Assembly: GCF_009914755.1 (NCBI RefSeq)
Contig: NC_060928.1
DNA from: the human T2T-CHM13v2.0 reference genome, Homo sapiens
DNA: 64,000 nt
Strand: one strand, 5' to 3'
Positions 27,868 to 39,705 of this stretch are shown in pieces. The notes beneath the pieces are model-generated. The model saw only the letters and a program-made list of their open reading frames with translations. It did not search any database and had not been told where the DNA came from. The position numbers and the translations under genes are program-made. How positions within the stretch are numbered: position 1 is the stretch's first letter; the number at the start of each line of letters is the position of its first letter.

Positions 27868-30053
27868 AATGCCTATATATTTATAAGTATAATTACTTAT
27901 GGTACAAATAGGATATATTATTAATAAATTATATAATTATAATAAATATTTAAATAAACAGAATAAAAGACTAATGATGCAAAGTTTGGAGAGTGTCATC
28001 AGATTTCAATTCATTAGAATTCCTTTCTGTACTCTCTGTACTCAAAATTCTTTAATTTCCTTGCTCTTAAATTTCCTTTTTACGTTTTTATGACCTAAGA
28101 AGAAAATCTGCATGTATTTCTATAATTATCTAAGAGTAAGTAAAACATTTGTTTTACTCTTTATTACAGGTATAGCACAATTTACTTGTTACTGAAAATA
28201 ATACAATTTGTTATTAAAATATGTTCCCTGGGGAAGTAAGAGTTTATTCTACAGCATGTTCCAGTCTCATGCTTATATTAACAATATCTGAAATAACATC
28301 AATTATCATACATTATCAAAAGGAAGTAAACATTATCTTGAGGGACTATATAAATGACTATATTTATGTATAATTTGTTCAGCAATGCCAAACATTAGGC
28401 ACTTCATGAGTCAGTTGATGATTCAACAAAAGTCCCTGAGCATCTAGAGACACATCTTTTGTCTGATGTTGTCCCTTGAGTTAAGTAACAACTCAGAGAC
28501 AGAAAAGCTGAGAGTTTAGTTTATCCTCCTACACAGAGCTGGGTACATCTGCTTTTCTTGCTTGCAGATAAATGTCAACAATTTTTATGTCCTTTTCACA
28601 AAAACAAAATTCCGAGCAGAGATTTAATACTTCCTGTACTTTGGGCAATTCACTACCTATTTCTGTGCCCATGGCAGATCCTTAGACTTTCCTTGGGAGG
28701 ATCTGCACATAAGTAAGAACTAACTCTATGGCAGTGTAGCAAAAGTGAGCAGTTTGCTTGGCCACGGTTGCTATTCCTGATTTATCAAAAATAAATGCAA
28801 GAACACTAATTGAGCTATAGCGAATCTCTCACATGTAATAAATGGCTTATAATATCACTTACTTCAAGGGATTGTGAGGATGGGATGTTCTAATCCACAC
28901 AAACTGTTTGGTGCATGGTAGGGGCTCAACACATTATAATTATTGTTATGATAATGACTATTTAAATCAATTAATAATATGTGTGTGCATATTTCCTAAA
29001 TTCAATCATCATTCTCTTTTTTTTCCACTCCATACTCTTTTCCATAGAAATCTCATCCAATCTTCAGTCTTCAGTTATCAACTCTAAAATAAGTTTCCCA
29101 AATTTACATATGTACTTCTAATTTCCAGGCTGATATCTTCAGTTCCCTCTAGAACATTTCCAACTGGATGTCCCATCCTTTTCTCAGACTCCCTATGTCT
29201 ACATCATGCATTATATCCCCAGCCCAGTACTGGCCTTAGACTTAGGCAAGGAGGGCCTTTGCATTAGGGACCTATTTAGAGGGTTCTGCTCTATCCTTAA
29301 TTTGACTGCATTTCTCCCCACAGAGCAAGACTCTGCAGGACCAAGAGGTCTCATCACTATATAATCATAGCACAATTGCCCAATTTTTAGGGGGTAAGTA
29401 AGATTGTTGATAGATTAATAGCATAGAAATAAATTTCCCAATTATCTGTATAAGAATTAAAATTAACATTCAATACTTGGTTCATGAAATTGAACAAAGT
29501 CTTATATTTAATATTTCTATAAACAATGCTGACTGATTTGCTTAATCTCTCTTTTCTCTGTGTGCCTTGATAATTAGCTGCTCTCCATTTCTCCATTCTC
29601 TGCTTCAGAAAGCATTTCTGATTTTAACTTCTAAAAATTGAAACCGAAACATTTCTAAGCAGGGAAAAGATAAATGACCATTAATTCAGCTGATAATTAA
29701 CCACCTGAAAATCAACAAAAGGCTATATCATCATCATTTTCTGTCTTTCTACAATTTAGGATTTTATTTCCCACTAAGTAGCAAAATTGTTATTTTCTCA
29801 AAGAAAAAGAAGTGGCAGCTGCACGTAGAGTGGTGTGCCCTGGCATTTTTAGAGCTGAAGTTGTCTCTTCCTGCACTTCACCAAACAGTTCCTATCAGAA
29901 CTTAAGGAATCTAGGCAATGACACTAAAGATGGGAAGGGGCCATCTCAGTACCCAGAAGGCTTGAAACTTCCCTGGTAGCCTGCCCCTTTGATTATCAAT
30001 GAACTTGACTCTAAACGGGCAGAATCACCAGGGGAATGATCAGGACAACCGTT

Positions 30054-30352
30054 CTTTTTTTCTTTTTCGAGACGGAGTCTTACTCTGTCACCAGGCTGGA
30101 GTGCAGTGGTGTGATCTTGGCTCGGCTCACTGCAACCTCTGCCTCCCGGGTTCAAGCGATTCTTCTGCCTCAGCCTCCCAAGTAGCTGGGGCTACAGGCA
30201 CGTGCTAGCATACCCAGCTAAGTTTTGTATTTTTAGTAGAGACAGGGTTTCACCATGTTGGCCAGGATGGTCTTGATCTCTTGACCTTGTGATCCACCCG
30301 CCTCAGCCTCCCAAAGTGCTGGGATTACAGGCATGAGCCACTGCCCCCGGCC
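30054..30352 (-). mobile_element. AluSc-like
   Basis: Antisense Alu with ctgtcaccagg and gaccttgtgatcc features; TSD aggacaac(c/t)gttctt at 30042-30056 and 30353-30367. Confidence 0.93.
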
Positions 30353-30657
30353 AGGACAACTGTTCTTAACAGGACAGCAAGTGTGATTCATAGGTAGCAA
30401 GAGAAAACTTTGGTGATATATATTCAAACTGAAAGCTTCAGAGTCCTGAGTGGCCAGTAAATATAGGCTTCTAGAGATGGTACTGGAAGTGGGAGAAGTA
30501 GGACCTGGGTAAAATGTGAGAATGGATGGACAGGGCTCTTAAAGGGAGATCAAAGTGTATACCTTAGATAGAGGCTGAGTACCTGTGTCTAAGATGTTAC
30601 TGAAATGAACAAAACAGAAAAAAAACCAGTTATCAGAGACCAGAGATTTTACATACA

Positions 30658-30658
<1 letters not shown>

Positions 30659-30746
<88 letters not shown>
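30659..30746. repeat. Compound microsatellite (TA)18(GA)26
   Basis: Counted directly: TA 30659-30694, GA 30695-30746. Confidence 0.97.
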
Positions 30747-30748
<2 letters not shown>

Positions 30749-30818
30749 CACATACACATACATACACAAACACATAAAGTGAGTCCTCACAACACACACA
30801 ATCACATACACACACGTA

Positions 30819-30970
30819 AAGTAAGTCCTCACCTAATGTTGTTGACAGGTTATAGGTTTTCAGAAGTTGCAACTTTAAGCAAAATGATGGACAACAGGTC
30901 CTTGAATAATGTTTTTTGCAGCCTCATTTCATTTTAACGGTGAGAGATAAAAAATTGGTTTCATTAAACA
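30819..30970 (+). mobile_element. MER47/Tigger5-like fragment
   Basis: agtaagtcctcacctaatg...gcaactttaagcaaaatga...caggtccttgaataatg...aaaaattggtttcatta resembles recalled MER47. Confidence 0.65.
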
Positions 30971-30983
30971 CTTTGCTTATATA

Positions 30984-31012
30984 TGTGTGTCTGTGAGTAT
31001 GTATGTGTATAT

Positions 31013-31044
<32 letters not shown>
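30984..31044. repeat. (TG)n microsatellite with degenerate 5' part
   Basis: Directly visible. Confidence 0.9.
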
Positions 31045-31046
<2 letters not shown>

Positions 31047-31160
31047 CTGCATTTATGGAGGGGGAAAATATAAAAAGCAACTTACCACAGGAACCCCAGA
31101 AATATTTAATAATTATTGCAAAACTTACTTTGAATTTTTCAAATCTGGGTTTCAAAGAGG

Positions 31161-31220
31161 AAGCAATGGAAAACCGAAGTAAGCTAGAGTAAGCAATGGA
31201 AAACTGAAGTAAGCTGGAGT
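31161..31220. repeat. 30-bp tandem duplication
   Basis: aagcaatggaaaac(c/t)gaagtaagct(a/g)gagt twice, 28/30 identical. Confidence 0.95.
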
Positions 31221-34200
31221 TCAGGATGTAAAAACTCTTTTTCAAGAATATCATTTTTAATACCTTAACTTTAAAAAGTGTTGGAGAACTTTTATACCTT
31301 AAAAAATAACAACAACAAAACCCTTACCTAGACCTGAGGATTTTGGAAAACAATCATGCTCATTATGCATGACCTTTATAGAGCAGGCACTAAATAGCAC
31401 AGCATGGTTTTGATTGCTAATTATCCACCTAAATCCTCATGTAAGTGGTTTCCCATACTCCTTCTTTGTAAGCATTATTTTTAAACACAGAACATATTCA
31501 ACACTGATTGCTAAATTGGTTAAATCCACATGGCAAGAAGGGCAGCCAACAATCTGGAGTGTGGCAAAAGTGGTAAGACATTGACAATAATTTCTTGCAA
31601 ATTCTGTGACAGGGCAGAAATGTATCAAAATAATGTTGATATTGTAACTATGATATAGTAAATTCATCAGAATTATATGCATGTGAGTATATATATACTA
31701 AAACACAGATGTAGTAACGGGAATTAAAACAACCATGAACCTTTATACTTCAACCATAATATTTTAAGCAAACTCACATTTATGCTAAATGCCAATAACA
31801 CTAGATATGATATTCTTTGTGATATCATAAAAGGATACCTTCGTTGTCTATGCCAGTTGAAGAAAATATAACTCATGCTAAATATTATCTTAAAGTAATT
31901 TGAAGTGTTCTCTTATGAACACTGAGAAGTACAGAAATTGCACCCTGGTGAAGAAACCACTTTGAAATTCTATTTTGAATATAAGTAGTGGGTATTTACA
32001 TGTTCATATTGCAGGCATGGATGCGAAGGTTAAGGAAAGTAAAAATATTTTTCCCAAAATTGTTTTAACAAAACATGTGTCCTATTGAAATAAGACTTCC
32101 CTCAACTTATAATTATGAACCATGCATTTTCTTGCCAATGCGGTAAAAAAGAGAGAATCCATTTAAAAAAAGAAAGAGAGAGATAAAATTAGTGACAATG
32201 GTGAGGCTGGAAATTTTATCAATTATACCTCAAAAAAGATAAAAGTAAACCTCAAATATTTGTACAAGACAATGAAAAAAATTGTTTAGACTTGATCCTG
32301 GCCCTTTTCAGGCCTTTTTTTGTGATTATATATAATTACAAAATTGTTATTTTATATATATATATATAAACAATTTAGGATTTTATTTCCCTCTAAGTAG
32401 CAAATTTTTTTCTTTGAGATAATAAAATATATATATATATATACTGCCAGATACCTGAGTGTCTGAGAAAGTCAAAAACAGTCAGATGGCATTTATTTTG
32501 CATATCAACATGACAATATAACAACAACAAAAATGTTCCTTAGTGAAGCAGAATATGCTTCAAGGTATATTTGACTGAGGAATTTTGCTAGGAAGAACTA
32601 TTCATCATTAAAGATTTATCTGTGTTTAGTCAACCAACCCATCAATTAGGTTAATTCTAATAGCTCATCAATTCCATGGAAGTCACATTACTTGAGCTCA
32701 ACTGCATTGACTTATTGAACTGACCACATGGTTCAATCTAAATATTTCATCAATGGTCTTAGCAAAGAACACAATTTAAGGTGTTCTTCCCTTTGCCGCT
32801 CCCTTCCTTTTGCCTTAGTTTATTATTTCTTATACTGAATCTTGCTGTTGTGAGAACAAAACCTTCACCAATGTTCAAAGTTTCTTCTGTGGTTCTCCAC
32901 GGAAGCCTGTGAAAAACTGTTGAGTAGGACATTGGTTAAACCGAATAAACATCATTCACCAGCTCTGATGTTACATATTTTGTTGTTCTGAATCTGTTCT
33001 ATATTTTGTTATTTTATTTAATATATTATTAAATTAAAGAGTTCCTTGGGACAAACAGGAACTGACAGCAAGAGATGGGCTATGTAATTATGATAAAATG
33101 AATTAGCATACTTTAGATGACTTTTAGAAGTACTATCAATATGTAGGGAAAAAAATTACTAAGTTTTTAGTGAAACGAACAATTGCAGGAGGAAACTGAA
33201 TATGAAAATAAAATGTTCATGCTAGTTACTGGAAACACATATCTTTTTCAACATTTCAACTTGAAGTTCCTCTTTTTCTGTCCTTTTTAACTCCAAATCA
33301 CTTTTTTAGGGAGAAATACTTTTTTACACAGTTCCTCTATTAAATACCAGACAAGCTTCAGTTATTATTTTAATACAAGTGGAATGAAATAAAAAGAACT
33401 CCAAAACCATTTTATCATTTGAAGATCAGAAAAAAACACTACTTTATCATATCACCCTGAATGTCACAGAGATTAAAGTGGAGACCTTGAATAATAAAAT
33501 CCAGACCAAAAAGGAAAATTTTCTTTCATTTACTGAGGCCAAACTATTTAATCTCCAAATAGTATGGTCACATTTGTATGAAAAGGAGGAAGTTTTTTGG
33601 GGTTTTTTTTTTTCACCCAGGCTCAATGAAACCTTCCTGTGGAGGCTTCATAGGGTGATACTGAAAATGGTAACTCTCAGGAGCTATCACATCTGAAGAT
33701 TCTGTGTGTGAAGATGCTGAACCTGAGTTAAAATATCTAGCAATCCTACTTCTAGTTTTTATTTCTTCCACATTGAGCTTACCCTCATTTCTCTGTTTTC
33801 TCCAACTATTCTAGAGTGTAAGAGTAACTTGGGAATAGAAATACTCATCTGCCATCCAGATGAAGTCCTGAGGCAGTCTGTGTGTCTACAGAAGGTTTTA
33901 CTTTATACTAAAAGTAATTAATATGGATTGAACGTCTTTGTTGTGCTACGAATATTCTAGGAATCATGCATAGTGCTTTAAATACATCATTTTATTTTAT
34001 GCACTGTAAGGTGTGTATGTGTGTGTGAGAGAGAGAGAAGGCATATTCTACATGCACACACACATAAACACACACACACTATTTCACTTTATAGAAGAAA
34101 ACATTGGGGTTAAATAGTTAAAGATCAATCACACCAATAATAGTTACAGATTGAAAACCAGATGTTCTGGCCACAAACAAATATATTTTTATTGTGCTTT

Positions 34201-34805
34201 TTTCACTTCTTGCATATATTTAAAGTAAGAAAGATGATTTACCACTATGTTAGACAGAAAGACATGGTCGTCACATTGTTTGGGATGCTAGCAGTCCACA
34301 TCCTATGGAACTATTAGCAGAGACTTCCTAAAGACAGCATCCCTTCAGGACAAAAGCTGATTTGATTTTGTCATAACAAGTATCAATAACTAATATTGAG
34401 ATTATCTTAAACAGATGATATTTAAAGAGAATTAAAGTCTCAAATAGTTTGAATTAACTAGCTCATGTAATCCTCAAAGAAGTAAAAACAGTAAGTAGGT
34501 GCCACAATTATTACTCTTTTATGAATAAAGAAACTGAGGTGTAGAGAAATCTTCACATAGCTGTAAGTCAGATTTAAATCCAGGCAATTGGCAATAAGTA
34601 GAAAATTAACATCTTTCCAGAGGAAGATGTTAGGTACTAGCAAATGTCTGCAAGGGTTCTGGTTGGCTACTACTCTTCACTAAATCCCTTTGTACACTGG
34701 AGCCCAGAAAAGACAGGGGTTGGCCCCAATGCACAAACCCCTAGGGATTAAAAGAATCTGTCCAATTTGAGGCCAAAAGACTAGGCACTTTTTTCTTTAA
34801 ATATT

Positions 34806-35638
34806 TGTGCTGCTTATCAATTTATTGCTTCACAACTCCAAATCTACCCTTCAATGCTTGCTTTGCAGAAATGAAGCTGAGCTCTTGAAATGTATTTTTC
34901 TTCTTTGCCAGTGAGTAAGATGCTAGGCTTTGTTGGTAGAGAGCGCTGCAGACTTTTTCTTCTTGGTTCCTGTGTGCTTGCTCAGCTCCTGCAGCATGAA
35001 TGCTGGCTTCTCACACACTCAACTCCTATATCATGCTTGGCTTCCCCAGCACCCAGTTCCTGGAGCACATGTAACGTTCTCAGCTCCAGCTTATTTCTGC
35101 AGTGCATGTGGCTTCCCCAGTGCCCAGCTCCTGCATTATTGGCTGCTTCTCCAGGGACCAGCTCGTGAAGATCACGATGGCCACCACTACCCACCACCCA
35201 CTAGCTTCTCCCGGCAAAACTCTCAAGAGATTTTATAGAAGAGTGCCTCTGGGGATACTGCTTCCCTGTGAACAGTTTCCCCAAGAACCCTAGAGGGTGG
35301 ATTTCCTGCAAGTTCCAGAGTGCACATTTCCAGCAAGTTCTGCCTGCATGGCACCATGGTAACTTCTCTGTCATCCCATGACCATGGCTGTCCCTCTCCA
35401 AAAAGTTCTGGATCTCAGGCCTGGAGGAGGCAGAGATGAAACCCTTTGGATGCTCTATCTCCTTACATCTATTATTGGATAATAGTGGTTGATACTTACA
35501 AATATTATTCTTATATTTCTTAGAGTCCTTTTTATTCGTTAATCTGATCCCCTTTTATAGATACAGTTCTTGTATTAGACTTGCTGTGTTCAAATTAATG
35601 CATGGTTCCTATGTTCTGATTAGAAACTCATTGATACA
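34806..35638 (+). mobile_element. LTR41-like ERVL solo LTR
   Basis: tgtgct...aatttattgc...ctccaaatctacccttc start; atgctaggctttgttggtagagagcgctg; ends tgataca. Confidence 0.7.
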
Positions 35639-37387
35639 ATAATCAAAAACATTCTTCCCTGTTATAGGAAAATAAGGCATTATTTGTCAGAAAGTGAATA
35701 AATCATCTCATTATATAAAAACTATTTGAGAAAAACTAGCAAATTTTATGTGTCTGATACAACATTTAAATTTCTGCTAATCTTTAAATAATCTTTCTTG
35801 CTTTTACTTAATTAATACACATGAAGCAATTGCTTAGAATAGTATCTGAAATTTATTCCAGGATTATGGAGTTGATTATTAAAGAATAAAATATGAAGTA
35901 GTTTTTCCTTCTTGGACTGCAAATTAATCTTGATGTCCAGAGCCATTGCTCTTTGACACTTGTTTTTTTCAATAACCAATTTCATATGAAGCTCATTTCC
36001 TTCTCACATTAGAAATACTATAAAGCAATAAAGCCATTTTGTCAAACCAATAACTAGATTGTCATCTCCTAATACTCATAACTCAGTAAGATTAAATAAG
36101 ATGCTACATATACCAATGACAATTAACTGAAAGAAACTGCCTTTTTTATAGTGGCAACACTGTAAATCTTCTGTGTTCAAAATCAACATCAACCGGTTTG
36201 ATCATGTAATGGAAAAAAGGTAGATGTTCAGAGAAAGAAAAAAAATGTATATGTATGCTTAAAGCGGTATCTTTCTTATTATTATTAGTGAAAACACCCT
36301 CTGGAAATATCATACTTCCAGGTTCTAAAATTACATTAACAGAATTGGAACCTATTTCTCAAAGTATTGATGTATGTGCACAATTTAGAATGCACCTTGT
36401 TTACACATACAAATTAAAGCACAATATTCTTACATTTAAATGTATTAATCCCAAGAGAAATCATTGCATTACTGTGGCTCACATTTTCAGTCTCTCTATT
36501 TTAATCACTAAATAAATGCTGTTTCCAATTAAGTTTAGTGGTGTGCTTGTTCTAACTGAGGTTTAACTGTCCTGTTACCATTCTACTTCTTAGCTACTGC
36601 ACATTTGGTAAATATGAGTGCTTCTGTTTCCAAGTAAATGAACTTTATGCAAAAGCATTTCCACTGTCACAGGATTAATTCCCCTTTAGCTTAATAATCT
36701 ATTATATTTGTGGATAATAGGCAGAAAATGAAACGAAACTTTACTTTCTGACGGAGCTAAATCCATTAGTAAAATTTCAAACTGTGTAGCTAAAAGGTCA
36801 TTTTACTTCATTGTAATATAAGTGGTTTTTTCTTAATCTTAAAATTCAATTGTAGAGTCAGCATTTAAAAAAATCCTTCTAATGACGTTCAGTAATGTTT
36901 GCTGTTCTTCATTGCACAGCATTTTTCCTTTTTAAATCTTAACTATTACCCAAAGTTTGAATTCCATAAGACTTATTGTGGCCCTGGTAATTTTTAACCT
37001 GGAATCTCAACAGAATATATATTGTATATAGTTAGTGAAATGTTTCTGAAATATTTTAAAACTGTATTAAAAAGTCCTAGCTGTTCCTTATAAATATATT
37101 TTACATCTGATTTTAAATTAAGATACCAAGATACTAATGAAAAGAGATATCAAAGTAAGTACAGGAATGTCCACCCAGAAGTAAGTCTCAGAACAAGATC
37201 CCAAAAGCTTGCTGCTTGGCTGATATAGCCTTCATCCTACATGTAGGTTTAAAAAGGCAGAAGAAGTGGATTTTTATGGAGAGGAATATGTGTGGAAGTT
37301 TTCTTTGGAGAAAGCTGAGCTACACAACTAAAACCTAGTTAGAGACTCTGGGGCCTACTCAGGAAGTATAATGCACAAATACTGCAT

Positions 37388-37388
<1 letters not shown>

Positions 37389-37438
<50 letters not shown>
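37389..37438. repeat. (GT)25 microsatellite
   Basis: Counted directly. Confidence 0.97.
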
Positions 37439-37440
<2 letters not shown>

Positions 37441-38962
37441 GAACATAGTGGACTGAGATCTGACTTCTTCCTGTAAAGTCTACAGGATAAGAGATGCCAT
37501 GACTAAGAAGCAGAATAACCAGAAGCGTTACTATTGTGTTAGAATCAATCTGGCTCTCAAAGTGCATTGGAACAAATTCATGAGTGTTTGATTGTGGATA
37601 AGATGTGGAAACCCATGAGAGAAAGCTGTTCTAGAGGTGCTTCTTCTCAGTGGAAAAACACAGGAAAGAGCATGGAAAGAGACCACCCTGAAGGGCCTAC
37701 AGACAGCTGAGCTGGTTGCTGCAGCTGGAGGATGCAGTGCATTTCCCAAGTCACAGGGTTGCCATCACATGAGACCTTCCAAAGAACCATCAGAAGCATA
37801 CATGAGAGAAAAAATATTTTAAAAATATTTTCTAGAACAGAAAGAATAAAGCAGATTATGATGTTACACTCAAGAAAGAACAACCTTCATGCTTTATATT
37901 CCTTCCTACCATCATATTGTGACTCTGGAGGGTTGGAAGCAGCAACTCCAGAGAGGGAGGGAGAGGCCTGTATGAGACAGGGCAGGCTGACCATACTTGA
38001 TTCCCCACAGACAGGTGGTCGATTGAGACTGCGCCTGCCAGAGGAGGGGACTAAAGGAAGATTGAGTGTTGACTAATAAATTGGACTAGACAACCTATTT
38101 TCTGAATTGTTACTGTATTTTGTGTAGAAAGTGACCTTAGAACTTCCTATTACTCAAGAGTAATAAACCTGTTGAAGTTTTCAACCAGTAATGGGGAAAA
38201 AATTTCTCTTGCGAAAATATATTTTATATAGACACTGAGAAACAAAACCATGTAAATTTTATGGTTACATTCTAAGAGTTGTACATGTTCAGTTACTTAC
38301 ATTGTTCACACAAATCTACATTTTAAATTGGAGGGATGCTGATTACATGTGTGTAAGAAAAAAACAGAAATAATTGTTTTATTTAAATGTATCTGTGTTA
38401 ATGTTCCAAGAGTAATTGGTATACAGTATTATAATAAAATATATCAAGGAAAATGGCACTTATATTAGTTCAAGACACAATGAGGCAAAGATTTAATGTA
38501 GTTACTGTACAGCAGTTTTAAACTTAATAATATTTAACATGTGCTATGCATTTATTTTGTGCCAAACACTGACTATTGTGAGTACTTTATATTGAGAATT
38601 TTCATAATGCTGCAATTAACCCTATGAGGTAGGTAATGCTATCATACCCATTGTACAGAGAAGGTAACTATAACACAGAAAAGGTAACTGAGTGACTCAC
38701 TGAGGGTCACTGAGCTAGTACTATGTGACAGATAGATTCAGAGATGAAACTCAACCAATATCTATGATAACCAAAGAGAAAACGAGGCTAAGTCCATCAT
38801 AGAGCTCTTTTTTAAATTTTTACCAAAAAGGTAAGTTCTTATGCCAACAATTACTTATCCATCCTCTAGTTCTCAGAAAGCCTCCTTTGTATGCAAATAT
38901 GTTCAATTTTCACATACTATTTTATCTAGCCTGTGCAAAGAACAAGAGATATTAGATTTAAT

Positions 38963-39130
38963 ATACACATATATATGTGTGTGTATATGTGTGTATATAC
39001 ACATATGTGTGTATATGTGTGTATATACACATATGTGTGTATATATATACACATGTATATGTGTGTATATATATACACATATATATGTGTGTATATATAT
39101 ACACATATATATGTGTGTATATATATATAT
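38963..39130. repeat. Complex TA/TG/CA alternating purine-pyrimidine repeat
   Basis: Variants of atacacatatatatgtgtgtatatat; source of the spurious low-complexity ORFs here. Confidence 0.92.
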
Positions 39131-39214
39131 AAAATGGTCTGTTGTTCAAATAATTGAGGATGCAAATTTCAGAAAAACATGACTGGGACATTCATCTTTC
39201 AAGAATCAGTTTCT

Positions 39215-39705
39215 TTTTTATACATTTTTTTAATTTTTATTTTTAGTTCAGCAGTACAAGCTCAGATTTGTTACACAGGTAAACTTGTGTCATGGGTGTT
39301 TTTTGTATAGATTATTTTATCACCTAGGTATTAAGCCTAGTACCGATTAGTGATTTTTCCTTATCCCCTTCCTCCTCCCACTCTCTAACCTTTGAAAGGA
39401 CCCAATGTGTGTGTCGTTCCTCTCTATGTGTCTGTGTGTTCTCATCATTTAGTTCCCACTTGTAAATGAGAACATGTAGTATTTGTTTTTCTGTTCCTGT
39501 GTAAGTTTGCTAAGGATAATGGCCTCCAGCTCTATCTATCTCCCTGCAAAGAACATGATCTCATTGTTTTTTATGGCTGCATAGTATTCCATTGTGTATA
39601 TGTACCACATTTACTTTATTCAGTCTATCATTGATGGGCATTTAGGATTATTTCATGTCTTTGTTATTGTGAATAATACACAATGAACATAGCATGCATG
39701 TGCCT
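39215..39705 (-). mobile_element. Older L1PA (L1PA13-16-like) 3' end
   Basis: tttgttacacaggtaaacttgtgtcatggg...ggtattaagcctagtacc...tttatggctgcatagtattcc. Confidence 0.85.

Noticed and set aside
30539-30937. ORFs with YIYI/ERER/SLSL runs
   Set aside because: Translations of microsatellites, as are those at 30964-31254, 37355-37567 and 38841-39191
32760-32906. Minus-strand acceptor (tttttcacag) followed by short frames such as GFRGEPQKKL* and an AATAAA
   Set aside because: Could not match to any known protein C-terminus; no upstream coding exons found
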